In this document: piece by piece, positions 13,181 to 26,850 of the stretch
Layout: each line of letters opens with the position of its first letter
Numbering within the stretch: the stretch's first letter is position 1
Source: Squalus acanthias
Lineage: Eukaryota
DNA: 64,000 bases
Assembly: GCA_030390025.1 (NCBI GenBank)
Contig: CM059431.1
Coordinates: 99,078,001-99,142,000, forward strand
Reading direction: 5' to 3'
The notes under the pieces: generated by a model
Databases searched by the model: none
What the model was told of the DNA's origin: nothing
Seen by the model: the letters and a program-made list of their open reading frames with translations, nothing else
Translations under genes and position numbers: made by a program

Positions 13181-14061
13181 GCTGCACTGTCGGAGGGGCA
13201 GTACTGAGGGAGCGCTGCACTGTCGGCGGGGCAGTACTGAGGGAGCGCCGCACTGTTGGAGGGGCAGTACTGAGGGAGCGCCGCACTGTCGGAGGGGCAG
13301 TACTGAGGGAGCGCAGCACTGTCGGAGTGGCAGTACTGAGGGAGCGCCGCACTGTCGGAGGGGCAGTACTGAGGGAGCGCTGCACTGTCAGAGGGGCAGT
13401 ACTGAGGGGGCGCCGCACTGTCGGAGGGGCAGTACTGAGGGAGCGCAGCACTGTCGGAGGGCAGTACTGAGGGAGCGCCGCACTGTCGGAGGGGCAGTAC
13501 TGAGGGAGTGCTGCACTGTCAGAGGGGCAGTACTGAGGGAGCGCCGCACTGTCGGAGGGACAGTACTGAGGGAGCGCTGCACTGTCTGAGGGGCAGTACT
13601 GAGGGAGTGCTGCACTGTCGGAGTGGCAGTACTGAGGGAGCGCCGCACTGTCGGAGGGGCAGTACTGAGGGAGTGCTGCACTGTCAGAGGGGCAGTACTG
13701 AGGGAGCGCCGCACTGTCGGAGGGACAGTACTGAGGGAGCGCTGCACTGTCTGAGGGGCAGTACTGAGGGAGTGCTGCACTGTCGGAGGGGCAGTACTGA
13801 GGGAGCGTTGCACTGTCGGAGGGGCAGTACTGAGGGAGCGCCGCACTGTCGGAGGGGCAGTACTGAGGGAGAGCTGCACTATCGGAGGGGCAGTACTGAG
13901 GGAGTGCTGCACTGTCGGAGGGGCAGTACTGATGGAGTGCTGCACTGTCGGAGGGGCAGTACTGAGGGAGCGCCGCACTGTCGGAGGGGCAGTACTGAGG
14001 GAGCGCCACACTGTCGGAGGGACAGTACTGAGGGAGCGCCGCACTGTCGGAGGGGCAGTAC
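13181..14061 (+). repeat. Stand-alone 33-bp SINE-derived minisatellite
   Basis: Same unit, without recognisable SINE head or tail; flanked by CR1-like fragments. Confidence 0.9.
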
Positions 14062-14332
14062 CGACTAACTCTCGCAGGGGATTACTTGGCTGTGGGGACA
14101 GTGGGGGTGGGAGGAAGTGTCCAGTCACGATGCTCCGGCCATCATGGTGCGGGGCAGCCTTGAGGGAACAGTTGATTCTTCCTGCCTGTCAATTTTTGTA
14201 TGTTAAGAAAATCAGGCAAATATAGTGTTCAAAAATCTCCACAAAGGTGACTGTGATTGAAATATTGAACAAGAGATCAGCAGAACAGGAAGGGAGTAAA
14301 AGAAAAGTTGATATGAAAGCAGGCTCTTAAAG

Positions 14333-15440
14333 CAAGACTTGCATTTCTACAGCGACTTTCACAACCTCAGGACGTCCCAAAGCGCTTTACAGCCAATTAA
14401 GTACTTTTGAAGTGCAGTCACTGTTGTAATGTAGGAAACACGGCAGCCAATTTGCGCACAGCAAGCTCCCACAAACAACAATGTGATAATGACCAGATAA
14501 TCTGTTTTTTATTTAGTGATGTTGGTTGAGGGATAAATCTTGGCCAGGACATCGGGGAGAACTCCCCTGCTCTTCTTTGAAATAGTGCCATGGAATCTTT
14601 TATGTTGACCTGAGAGGGTAGAAACGCCTCAGTTTAGCCCCTCCGACAGTGCGGCGCTCCCTCAGTACCGCCCCTCCGACAGTGCGGCGCTCCCTCAGTA
14701 CTGACCCTCCGACAGTGCGGCGCTCCCTCAGTACTGCCCTTCCGACAGTGCGGCGCTCGCTCAGTACTGCCCCTCCGACAGTGCTGCGCTCCCTCAGTAC
14801 TGCCCCTTCGACAGTGCGGCGCTCCCTCAGTACTGACCCTCCGTCAGTGCAGCACTCCCTCAGTACTGCCCCTCCGACAGTGCAGCGCTCCCTCAGTACT
14901 GCCCTTCCGACAGTGCAGCACTCCATCAGTCCTGCCCCTCCGACAGTGCAGCGCTCCCTCAGTACTGACCCTCCGACAGTGCGGCGCTCCCTCAGTACTG
15001 CCCCTCCGACAGTGTGGCGCTCCCTCAGTACTGACCCTCCGTCAGTGCAGCACTCCCTCAGTACTGCCCCTCCAACAGTGCAGCGCTCCCTCAGTACTGC
15101 CCCTCCGACAGTGCAGCGCTCCCTCAGTACTGCCCTTCCGACAGTGCAGCGCTCCCTCAGTACTGCCCCTCCGACAGTGCAGCGCTCCCTCAGTACTGAC
15201 CCTCCGACAGTGCGGCGCTCCCTCAGTACTGCCCCTCCGAAAGTGCGGCGCTCCCTCAGTACTGCCCCTCCGACAGTGCGGCGCTCCCTCAGTACTGCCC
15301 CCTCCGACAGTGCGGCGCTCCCTCAGTCCTGCACTGGGAGTGTCAGCCTGGATAAAGTGCTCAAGTCTCTGGAGCGAGAGATGAACTCACGACATTCTGA
15401 CTCAGCGGTGAGTGTGCTAACCACTGAGCCATGGCCGACA
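14333..15440 (-). mobile_element. Full SINE family A with 33-bp array (about 14637-15328)
   Basis: tRNA head near 15440, array, body, tail near 14333. Confidence 0.85.
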
Positions 15441-17229
15441 CCTGCCTATTTTTTTATTTGCTTTTTCCCTTAAACCACTGAAGCACTAAAAATGGATTTT
15501 AATGATTCTCCAAAACCTAATGTGGTTGTATTTTATGTAATAGACAGTCTATTTTGTGAGGCTCACAATCTCCCAGACCAAATTCCCAACCGTTCATCAA
15601 TTTACCCTTATCTATATTTTGTAAATGAGTTTGCTAATGGAGAACCATTAGTAAATAATAATAGGTTATGTTTTAAAATAAGGTCGGTGGAAAATGAATC
15701 ACTTCCCCATTTTAAAGATTGAAAATGCTGTTTGTTTCATTTCCTCTCAAATGTACCACAGTTTTGGACAATAAGAGGAACTTAATTTGCCGTTCAGCTC
15801 CATCATGAGCCTTGGTTGTACAATGCTTCCTTCTTCGTGGGCAGAATTTGAAGGCTTTGATTTATCGTCTATCCTTTTCGAAGCTTCTCTGATGTTTGCT
15901 CAGCGTGTTGTCCACACGCATGGAAACCGATCATGTTGGGGGAAAAATTCAGATGGGACGTTAAACCGAAGCCCCGTCTGCCCCCTCTCAGGTGGATGTA
16001 AAAGATCCCATGGCCACTATTTCAAGGAGGAGCAGGGGAGTGATCTGGTCATTATCACATTGCTATTTGTGGGAGCTTGCTGTGTGCAAATTGACTGCCA
16101 TGTTTCCCAACAATACACTTCAAAAATGTACTTCATTGGCTGTAAAGCGCTTTGGGACGTCCTGAGGCTGTGAAAGGTGCTGGAGAAATGCGAGTCTTTC
16201 TTTGCGGGGAAATGACCGAGTGCAATCTTGCAGCGGTTCAAGAAGGCGGCTCACCACCAGCTTCTCGAGGGCAATTAGGGATGGGCAATAAATGCTGGCC
16301 TTGCCGGTGATGCCCACATCCCAGTGTTACCCAGAATTGTGCTGGCTACCAAATCTGTGATTTGTTAAGCTTTGTGGGTAGGGTGATGTCATGGTTGTGA
16401 GTTCAAATGCCATCAGGGCAATTTGCCAAACTGAATTCAATAAGGCTGGTGATTTGTGTGTCTGGTCTCAGTAAAAGTCACCACGGAAGCTGTTGGCTTG
16501 ATGTAAAAACCCAACTGGCTCACTCATGTCCTTTAGGGAAGGGAACCTGCCGCCCTTACCCGGTCTGGGCCTATAGGTGACTCCAGTCCCACACTATTGT
16601 GGTTGACCCTAAGTGACCTCTGAAGTGACCTGGCAAGCCACCCAGTTGAACACCCAATTACCATGATAGGCAATATAAATGTGGTCTTGCCAGCGTCACC
16701 TGGATCCCATTGGAGAGGGTGCAGAGAAGATTTACAAGGACGATACCAGAAATGTGAGGGTACATCTATCAGGAAAGGATGAACAGGCTGGCTCTCTTTT
16801 CTCCTCAAAAAAGAAGGCTGATGGGTGACCTAATAGAGGTCTTTAAAATTATGAAAAATTTTGATAGTGGATACAGAGAGAATGTTTCCACTTGTGGGGA
16901 AGAGCAAAACTAGAGGCCATCAATATAAGATAGTCACCAAGAAATCCAATAGGGAATTCAGGAGAAACTTCTTTCCCCAGAGAGTGGTGAGAATGTGGAA
17001 CTCGCTACCACAGGGAGTGGTTGAGGCGAATAGTATAGATGCATTTAAGGGGAGGCTGGACAAACATATGAGGGAGAAGGGAATAGAGGGTTGTGCTGAT
17101 AGATTTAAATGAGAAGTCGCACAACACCAGGTTATAGTCCAACAGATTTATTTAAAATTATGAGCTTTCGGAGCTGTTGCCCCTTCGTCAGGTAAAGGTA
17201 CAATGAGGGAATCTACAGTATTACACATT

Positions 17230-17973
17230 GGCCCAAAAATTAGTGCCGCTACGCGAGAGTACGCACTGCGTACTCTCGCATATTCTGTCTCCAATTGCCG
17301 GTTTTCTGCATGCACCGCGCATGCGCTGAAAACCGGCACTTGGTGAATGGAAAAGGGGGCGGTTCCTAGGTGAACCGCGTGCGCGCTACAGGCTGCGCGC
17401 ATGCAGTGCACTTAGTGGTTTCAACGCGCAGGTAAGTATGGAAGATTTTACACATAAAAAAAGGAGGAGTAAGACCCACTTTTAACAAGGTAAGTAGTGA
17501 ATTAAGTATTATTTTGAATTTTTTTTAACAGGTATATCTTTTTTAGAGACTTTAAAGACAGGTAAGTTTATTTTTATAACTTTTTAAAAGATTTTAAATT
17601 TTTTCAAAAATTTAATTTTTTATTTAAAATGGTTAATTTATTTAACTATACTTATTTTATTAATGTGATGGTTTTTTAAAATAATTTAATTGAGGTTTAG
17701 CTGTTATTTTGGGGGGCTATAGTATTCATAGCTTTCACAGCACTTATGTGAAAGTTATGAATGGAAGATGGTGTGCTGCCATTGGCTCTAACTGAGTCAC
17801 GTGATCCCACAGCTCGCACGAATTAACTACGCCTGTGGGATACGCAAGCCCAGCACAGCAGCTGTCCAGAACATCAAGTTCATGCGAGCTGGAACTGAAA
17901 AAGCCAACGCGCAGTGAGAGATCGCGGGGAAGCCTTACCCTCGCACGAAGGCTTCCTCATGAATTTTTGGGCC
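17230..17973. mobile_element. MITE with 12-bp TIRs and 3-bp TSD (PIF/Harbinger-like)
   Basis: ggcccaaaaatt ... aatttttgggcc, flanked by att/att; empty site visible in the opposite arm near 18661-18680. Confidence 0.85.
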
Positions 17974-18702
17974 ATTATATAAACACAGAAAGCAATTTGT
18001 CTGCAAAGATACAATCTTTCAGGGAGGCATTACATCAAAGACACACCAGAGCACAGCCAAGACAATGAGATGGGTCACAGGGGGTCCAACGTGTCAAATC
18101 CTGCCGTCTGCAGTTCAGCTTTTAACCTTTTTTTTTTGGTTGGTTTTTTTTGTGTTTTTTAATTTTTTTAAACTGGAAAGACAGACAACGATGTCGAGTC
18201 ACGTTCTGTAGCGTGACATGAACCCGAGATCCCTATTGAGGCTGTCCTCATGGGTGCGGAACTTGGCTATCAATTTCTGCTCGATGATTTTGTGTTGTCG
18301 TGTGTCTCCAAGGCCGCCTTCGAGACACACGACAACGCAAAATCATCGAGCAGAAATTGATAGCCAAGTTCTGCAGCCATGAGGACGGCCTCAATAGGGA
18401 TCTCGGGTTCATGTCACGCTACAGAACGTGACTCGACATCGTTGTCTGTCTTTCCAGTTTTTAAAAATAAAAAAACACAAAAAAAGACAAAGCAAAAAAA
18501 AAACAACCAAAAAAAGAAGTTAAAAGCTGAACTGCAGACGGCAGGATTTGACACGTTGGACCCCCTGTAACCCATCTCATTGTCTTAGCTGTGCTCTGGT
18601 GTGTCTTTGATGTAATGCCTCCCTGAAAGATTGTATCTTTGCAGACAAATTGCTTTCTGTGTTTATATAATGTGTAATACTGTAGATTCCCTCATTGTAA
18701 CT

Positions 18703-18740
18703 TTACCTGAAGAAGAGGCGATAGCTCCGAAAGCTCGTAA
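18703..18740 (+). ncRNA. Minimal type I hammerhead ribozyme motif in a Penelope terminal repeat
   Basis: TTAC-CTGAAGA-A-GAGGC-GATA-GCTCC-GAAA-GC-TC-GTAA. Further copies on the minus strand at 17158-17195, 24306-24343 and 28086-28123. Confidence 0.7.
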
Positions 18741-19470
18741 TTTTAAATAAATCTGTTGGACTATAACCTGGTGTTGTGCGACTTCTCATTTTTGTCCACC
18801 CCAGTCCAACACCGGCATCTCCGCATCCTGATAGATTTAGATGAGGAAAGATGGGAGGAGGCTCGAGTGGAGCATAAACGCCGGCCTGGACTGGTTGGGC
18901 CGAATGGCCTGTTTCTGTGCCGTATATCCGATGTAATAAAATAAAACTGTAACCAAATATTTTAGCACCCAATATTGTTTTGAGCAAGCTGGAAATCCCA
19001 ATCAGACCTCAATGCGAAACAAATCTTGTGTGTGACGCAGCAAAGGAACTAAACTCCCACTGCACCTTCACTGATACCCACTGTGTGGTTGCAATGTATC
19101 AAGCTGTACTTTTAAACTAAAAAACCCCAACTAATGCATGGCTGCGGAGGTATTTATTACAATGGGTAATCAGTAAGTAATTATTATAAATCAAATGATT
19201 GGATTCATTGGTTTCAGATTGCTAATCCCTTTCACTTTCTCAGGATGCCCCAAAGCACTTGAATTACCCGTTGAAAAGTGCTCACTGTTGTTATGTACAC
19301 AAGTGCAGCAGCCAATTGGGACACAGCAAGATCCCATCAAAGCAGTGAGATAAAGGATCGGTTAATCTGCTTTGGTGCGAATGTGTTGTCAGGGCACCGG
19401 GCAGATCTCCCCTGCCCCTCTTTGAATAATGGCCAAGGGAAGTTTTACGTCTACCTGAGAGGGCAGATGG

Positions 19471-20220
19471 GAGGGAGCGCTGCACTGTCGGAGGGGCAGT
19501 ACTGAGGGAGTGCTGCACTGTCGGAGGGGCAGTACTGAGGGAGCGCCGCACTGTCGGAGGGGTAGTACTGAGGGAGCGCCGCACTGTCGGAGGGGCAGTA
19601 CTGAGGGAGTGCTGCACTGTCGGAGGGGTAGTACTGAGGGAGTGCTGCACTGTCGGAGGGGTAGTACTGAGGGAGTGCCGCACTGTCAGAGGGGCAGTAC
19701 TGAGGGAGTGCCGCACTGTCAGAGGGGCAGTACTGAGGGAGCGCCGCACTGTCGGAGGGGCAGTACTGAGGGAGCGCTGCACTATCGGAGGGGCAGTACT
19801 GAGGGAGCGCCGCAATGTCGGAGGGGCAGTACTGAGGGAGCGCCGCACTGTCGGAGGGACAGTACTGAGGGAGTGCTGCACTGTCGGAGGTGCCGTCTTT
19901 CGGGTGAGATGTTAAACCAAGGTCTCATCCGCCCTCTCAGGTGGACGCAAAATGTCCCATGGCACTATTTCGAAGAAGAGCAGGGGGAGTTTATCTCCGG
20001 TATCCTGACCAATATTTATCCCTCAACCAACATCACTAAAAACAGATTATCTGGTTATTATCATATTGCTGTTTGTGGGAGCTTGCTGTGCGCAAATTGG
20101 CTGCCGTGTTTCCCACATTACAACAGTGACTACACTTCAAAAAAAGTACTACATTGGCTGTAAAGCGCTTTGAGACGTCCTGAGGCTGTGAATGACGCTG
20201 TAGAAATGCAAGTTCTTTCT
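19471..20220 (+). mobile_element. SINE family A with 33-bp array (about 19471-19890)
   Basis: Array then body and tail; an inverted SINE body fragment precedes it. Confidence 0.85.
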
Positions 20221-20280
20221 TTACTGAAACCCACAGGACACCATTCAGTAAGTCCTTTTAAAGGGCAGTTATCAGGCACA

Positions 20281-21213
20281 TAAGAACATAAGAACATAAG
20301 AAGTAGGAGCAGGAGTAGGCCATACGACCCTTCGGGCCTGCTCTGCAGTTCAATAGGATCATGGCTGATCCGAACCTAGACTCACGTCCACTTCCCTGCC
20401 CGCTCCCCATAACCCTCAATTCCCTTATCAGCTAGGAAACTGTCTATCTCCGTTTTAAATTTATTTAATGTCGCAGCTTCCACAGCTCTCTGAGGTAGCA
20501 AATTCCATAGATTTACTACCCTCTGAGTGAAGAAGTTTCTCCTCATCTCAGTTTTGAAACGGCAGCCCCTTATTCTAAGATTATGCCCCCTAGTTCTAGT
20601 CTCACCCATCAGTAGAAACATCCTCCCCGCCTCCACCCGATCAAGCCCCCTCACAATCTTATATGTTTCGATAAGATCGCCTCTCATTCTTCTGTATTCC
20701 AATGAGTAGAGGCCCAACCTACTCAACCTTTCCTCATAAGTCAACCCCCTCATCTCCGGAATCAACCGAGTGAACCTTCTCTGAACTGCCTCTAGAGCAA
20801 GTATATCTTTTCTTAAATATGGAAACCAAAGCTGTACGCAGTATTCCAGGTGTGGCCTCACCAGTACCTTGTATAACTGAAGCAAGACTTCCCTGCTTTT
20901 ATACTCCATCCCCCTTGCAATAAAAGCCAAGATTCCATTGGTCTTCCTGATCACCTGCTGTACCTGCATACTAACCTTCTGTGTTTCATGCACCAGGACC
21001 CCCAGATCCCTTTGTACTGTAGCACTTTGCAGTTTCTTTCCATTTAGATAATAACTTGCTCTTTGATTTTTTCTGCCAAAGTGCATAACCTCACACTTTC
21101 CAACATTATATTCCATCTGCCAAATTTCTGCCCACTCACTTAGCCTGTCTATGTCCTTTTGCAGGTTTTTTATGTCCTCCTCACTCACTGCCTTCCCTCC
21201 CATCTTTGTATCT
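20281..21213 (-). mobile_element. 5'-truncated CR1 LINE
   Basis: Open frame DTKMGG...LQKDIDRL...RPHLEYCVQ...GIEGYGERAGKW; (ttcttatg)n tail. Confidence 0.95.
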
Positions 21214-21387
21214 AGGCACCAACATATTCTATCCAATCAGAGTCAGACGTTGCTCTCAGGCTGCAATATATTGTACGGCAAACTCAATCACTGGGATTAC
21301 TTCTCACTTTCAAATGAGTCATTGAAATTAGTGACAATATTTTCATTATTCCCCACTAGCTCACACTCATTTATCAGCATTTCTTCA

Positions 21388-21990
21388 ACAACAACAACTT
21401 ATATTTATATAGCGTCTTTAACGTAGTAAAACGCCCCAAGGCGCTTCACAGGAGCGATTATCAGACAAAATCTGATACCCAGCCACATAAGGAGATATCA
21501 GGACAGATGATCAAAAGCTTGGTCAAAGAGATAGGTTTTAAGAAACAAAGAAAGACTTGCATTTCTATAGCGCCTTTCACAACCACCGGACGTCCCAAAG
21601 CGCTTTACAGCCAATGAAGTACTTTTGAAGTGTGGTCACCGTTGTAATGTGGGAAACGCGGCAGCCAATTTGCGCACAGCAAGCTCCCACAAACAGCAAT
21701 GTGATAATGACCGGATAATCTGTTTTAGTGATGTTGACTGAGGATTAAGGAAAGTCTTAAAGGAGGAGAGAGAGTTAGAGAGGAGGAAAGGTTTAGGGAG
21801 GGAATCCCAGAGCTTAGGGTGTAGGCACGGCCGCCAATGGTGGAGAGATTAAAATCGGGGATGCACAGGAGACCAGAATTGGCAAAGCGCAGAGATCTCG
21901 GAGAGTTATAGGGCTGGAGGAGGCTACAGAGATAGGGAGGGGGAGCGAGGCCATGGAGGGATTTGAAAACAAGGATAGAGAACAATATAT
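21388..21990 (-). mobile_element. L2 3' fragment with a nested SINE A tail (about 21541-21745)
   Basis: L2 tail and body separated by SINE A 3' sequence. Confidence 0.7.
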
Positions 21991-23317
21991 CCTGGAATCT
22001 CCTACCTAACCCCACTGTGGGAGTATCATCACCATCACGAGGCATGCAACTGTTCAAGAAGAAGGCCCATCACCACCTTCTCAGGGCAGCTAGGGATGGC
22101 CAATAAATACCAGCCTTGCCATCATCACCCACATCCCCAGAGCAAATGTGCAGAGTGCAATTTCCCCTCTCCATTTCTAACTTACACGTCTTATTCAGAG
22201 ATTGTAAAGTGTTGGATTCCACTGTCCCACCATCTTCAGGCAGAGCCGAAACTTGGCGCATTCCTACGGCCTCTATCCTCCTTCTACTTTGCAATTTAGT
22301 TTGCGAGATGTCTGCTTGACAGCAAGTGCGGCTCTGAGTCAGAACGCTACGAGTTCAATCCCTCACTCCAAGATCCAGGCTAATCCAGACTGACACTGCA
22401 GTGCGGTCCCGAGGGAGCGACGCATTGTTTGACATACCACCCTTCAGAACATTCATGCCTGCTCCTATGGTGGACTTTACACGTTAGAGAAGCATAGACT
22501 TAGGGGTGATCTGATCGAGGTTTATAAGGTGATGAAGGGGATAGATTGTGTTCCACTTGACAGTTTGTTCCAATTAAATAGGTTAGGGAGGACCAGTGGT
22601 CACAATTTTAAGTTTTTTTAATTATTCGTTTATGGGATGTGGGGGTCACTAGCAAGGCCAGCATTTATTGCCTATCCCTAGTTGCCCCTTGAGAAGGTGG
22701 TGGTGAGCCGCCTTCTTGAACCGCTGCAGTCCGTGTGGTGAAGGTGCTCCCACAGTGCTGTTAGGGAGGGAGTTCCAGGATTTTGACCCAGCGACGATGA
22801 AGGAACGGCCGATATATTTCCAAGTCAGGATGGTGTGTGACTTGGAGGGGAACTTGGAAAGTTGTACAAGGCCAGATCTAGGTTAGATGTCAGGAGGTGG
22901 TTCTTTTCCCAGAGAATAGTGGACCTCTGGAACAGGCTGCCTTCTTGTGCTGATTCGCTGAATTCCTTCACGCGAGAGCTGGACCTGTTTCTGGCTGGAG
23001 CGGAGATCACCTCTTACAGAAGGTGGGTACTGCAGGGAATTCAGGGCCAGAGTGATCTCCTGGACTAGTTTCCATCGCCTAGATGGGTCGGAGAGGAAAC
23101 TCCCAGATTGTTTTTTTCTCCCAAACTGGCCTGGGTTTTTGACCTGGATTTTCATCTCTCCCAGAGATTACATGGTCTTGGGTGGGGTGGGAAGTCTATA
23201 TATTAATTGTGTGGGACAAGCTGGCTGGACCAGAGGGTCATTTCATGTCCGTCATTGTTAGTGTGTTCGTAGGTATGTTAAAAATCCCACAAGGTCATGG
23301 GAATTCTCCTGGTGTCT

Positions 23318-23670
23318 TCATAGAATAGTACAGCACAGAAGGAGGCCATTTGGCCCATCGAGTCTGCGCCGGCTCTTTCGAAGAACAACCCAGTTAGTCC
23401 CACTCCCCCGCTCTCTCCCCATATCCCTGCAATTTTTTCTCCTTCAAGTATTTATCCAATTCCCTTTTGAAGGCTGCTATTGAATCTGTATCCACCGCCC
23501 TCTCAGGCAGCGCATTCCCAATCCTAACCACTCGCTGCGTAAGAAAGTTTTTCCTCATGTCGTCTCTGGTCCTTTTGCCAATCACCTTAAATCTGTGTCC
23601 TCTGGTCATCGACCCCTCAGCCATTGGAATGTTTCTCTTTATTTACTCTCTCTAAACCCTTCATGATTTT
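23318..23670 (-). mobile_element. CR1 3' fragment
   Basis: TRGHRFKVIGKR...LQGYGERAGEWD. Confidence 0.8.
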
Positions 23671-24220
23671 ACAGAGTATGTGTGTAATTATTATTGTTTA
23701 TGTGTAACTGTTGGGAACAATAGTTGTTGTACGTTTAATTGCTATGGGAACCAATAAATGCCTTTGAACCCTATTATCTTGTGCAATAACTTATAACTGT
23801 ATAAGTAAGTAGATCCATTCCTTAACGGCAGGAACAGAGCGACCTGGGGGTTCGCGTCTGCTAATCTCTAAAGGTGGCAGCATTAATATTCCTTTCTCAA
23901 CTCACAGCGCTGCAAGCTGGTCAGCTGGTCATTCATTTCATTGATGCGGTGGGACCGAGCTGAGCAAATCTTTACCTACATAATCACGGTCTCTGCACTG
24001 CAAAGTAACAATAATCACTCGAGGATCGACAGTCACATAGCAGGAACACATGAATAATCATATAGCGGGGGTTACATCAGTGATATAGAGGGGACTTGTT
24101 TATATGATGTATAATCATATAGTGGGGAGATCCATCAATTGTCCACAGTCACATAGTGAGTAAGCATTAATGTTCAACAGTCATATTGCATCATTACATG
24201 AATGATGGATAATTTTATGA

Positions 24221-24688
24221 TGCGGAGATGCCGGCGTTGGACTGGGGTGGACAAAAATGAGAAGTCGCACAACATCAGGTTATAGTCCAACAGATTTATT
24301 TAAAATTACAAGCTTTCGGAGCTATCGCCCCTTCTTCAGGTAAAGTTACTATGAGTGAATCTACAAAAGTTCACAGAATATAAACACAGAAACTGCAGAG
24401 ATGCAATCTTTCCTTACATCAAAGACACACCAAGAGCACAACCAAGACAATGAGATGTGTCCCAGGGGGTCCAACGTGTCAAATCCTGCTGTCTGCAGCA
24501 GATCTCTCTCCATATCCCTTCCTCTCTCTCCGTCTTTTTTGGGTTTGTTTTTTGTGTTTGTTTTTTTGTGTTTGTTTTTTAAAAACTGGAAAGACAGACA
24601 ACGATGTCAAGTCACGTTCTGTAGCGTGACATGAACCCGATATCCCTATTGAGGCCGTCCTCATGAGTGCGGAACTTGGCTATCAACT
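24221..24688 (-). mobile_element. Penelope-like 3' fragment with 15-bp TSD
   Basis: Same family as 18350-18827; tggataattttatga at 24206-24220 and 24689-24703. Confidence 0.8.
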
Positions 24689-25009
24689 TGGATAATTTTA
24701 TGACAGTGCCCACTGTTTATAGCGAGCACACTGCTGGGAACTCAGTTTTCCAGCTGTACAAGGTGAGGGGCAAAACCAAAAAGTGAATAAAGAAACATGT
24801 ATTTAAAAAAAACCAGGAAATCTCACTGAGCATCTGCCTCCCCTAATTGTCAGTAGTGACATCGTTACAGGCAGAATTTCCTCACTCAGGTTAACCAGGT
24901 GTGATCAGCTGACTCAAACTGCTGGAATACCCGACGTTGTCTGAAGTCAGTGGAGCCTTTTAACTGGGCAAGTACTTACTGAGCTGCCTGAAATAGTCGT
25001 CTAATCATC

Positions 25010-25767
25010 GGGGGCGAAAGTCGGTTGTTTTGTGCCTCCCATTAGCGCAAAGCCCCTAGCGCCCGGGCGCGGTGCTGCTAACGCCTCCCGTGAAATTCAG
25101 CGGGAGGTTAGCGGCGGCGGTAGTGCCCTGTGGCGCGAGCGATGACATCATCGCCGTGTGCAGCGTCCTGCTCGCGTCCCGGCCGCAAACTTCATTTGCA
25201 CCCCCTGCTCTATCGCCGGACGATATGCGGCCGCGGCGGCGCTCGTAAAAGGGCAGGTATCGGGCGGCCATTATTTTTTGGGCCGACTGCCAGCACCTGC
25301 CACCTTCCCCTTTTTTCTCAGGGAGCCGGCCGCGATCGCTCAGCCCGGCCGCGATCGCTCAGCCCGGCCCTGATCGCTCAGCCCAGCCGCGATCGCTCAG
25401 CACGGCCGCGATCGCTCAGCCCGGCCGCGATCGCTCAGCCCGGCGCTCCTCTTGAGTGTTGGGCTTTTTTGCCGGCACCCCGTTCGCTGGTGCACGCAGC
25501 GCTAGGCCCCGCCCCTTTAATAAGCGGAGGGAGGCCTGCAATGACGCGGCGCTACGTGCCGACGCGCATGGCGCTGTTGCACGTAGCGCCGCGAAATTCA
25601 CTGGTAGCGCCCCAGGAGGGAGTGGGAGCGCTTGCAGTAGTGCCCCGCCTCCTGCATGGGGCGCTAACTCTGAGTTTACGGCGCAGGGGCGCTAACCTTT
25701 TCGGAGCGCCTAAAGTAGCCCCGGCGAAGTTAGCGCCCCAAAGGGGACGCCACCGAATTTCTCCCCC
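25010..25767. mobile_element. Non-autonomous Harbinger element (GC-rich, internal cgcgatcgctcagcccggc repeats)
   Basis: TIRs gggggcgaaagtcggt / accgaatttctccccc, matching the ends of the 34702-39527 element. Confidence 0.75.
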
Positions 25768-26041
25768 ATGGAATCTTACAGCACAGAAGGAGGCCATTTA
25801 GCCCGTCGTGCCTGTGCCGGCTCTTTGAAAGAGTTGTTCAATTTAGTCCCACTCCCCAGCTCTTTTTCCACAGCCCTGCAAATTTATCCTCTTCAAGTAC
25901 ATGTCCAATTGCCTTTTGAAAGTTCCTATGGAATCTGATTCCACCACCCTTTCAGGTAGTGCATTCTCGATCTTAACAACCCTTTGTGTGCACAAATTTC
26001 TCCTCATTTCCCCTCTAGTTCTTTTACCAATTATTTTAAAT

Positions 26042-26850
26042 CTCGGGCTGATAAGTGTTGGTAACATTTGTGCCACACAAGTGCCAGGCAATGACTATCT
26101 CCAACAAACGAGAATCTAACCACCGCCCCTTGACATTCAACGGCATTACCATCGCCAAATTGCCCACCATCAACATCCTGGGGATCACCATTGACCAGAA
26201 ACTTAACTGGACCAGAACATAAATACCGTGGCTACAAGAGCAGGTCAGAGGCTGGGTATTCTGTGGCGAGTGTCTCACCTCCTGACTCCCCAAAGCCTTT
26301 CTACCATCTACAAGGCACAAGTCAGGAGTGTGATGGAATACTTTCCACTTGCCTGGATGAGTGCAGCTCCAACAACACTCAAGAATCTCGAAACCATCCA
26401 GGACAAAGCAGCCCACTTGATTGGCACCCCATCCACCACCTTAAACATTCACTCCCTCCACCATTGGCGCACCGTGGCTGCAGTGTGCACCATCTACAAG
26501 ATGCACTGCAACAACTCGCCAAGGCTTCTTCGGCAGCACCTCCCAAACCCGCGACCTCTTCCACCTAGAAGGACAAGGGCAGCAGGCGCATGGGAATACC
26601 ACCACCTCCAAGTTCCCCTCCAAGTCACACAGCATCCTGACTTGGAAGTATATCGCCGATCCTTCATCGTCACTGGGTCAAAATCCTGGAACTCCCTCCC
26701 TAACAGCACTGTGGGAGCACCTTCACCACATGGACTGCAGCGGTTCAAGAAGGCGGCTCATCACCACCTTCTCAAGAGCAATTAGGGATGGGCAATAAAT
26801 GCCGGCCTTGCCAGCGACACCCACAGCCCCAGGAACGAATAAAAAAAAAT
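26042..26850 (+). mobile_element. CR1-group LINE family X 3' fragment nested in a minus-strand CR1
   Basis: ATRAGQRLGILWRV...IYKAQVRSVMEY...IQDKAA RT C-terminal region; CR1 sequence on both sides (25770-26041, 26850-27250). Confidence 0.8.

Larger units (their letters stand above)
17111..18827. mobile_element. Penelope-like element 3' ends arranged as an inverted pair
   Basis: 18321-18431 encodes RDTRQRKIIEQKLIAKFCSHEDGLNRDLGFMSRYRT-stop (Penelope GIY-YIG C-terminus). The left arm (17111-17229 plus 17974-18310) is the reverse complement of the right arm. Confidence 0.8.
16710..18925 (+). mobile_element. CR1 3' fragment split by a Penelope-like insertion (CR1 parts 16710-17110 and 18828-18925)
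   Basis: CR1 end GIEGCADRF continues after 18828; duplicated ctgatagattta(a/g)atgag at 17096-17113 and 18828-18845. Confidence 0.8.
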
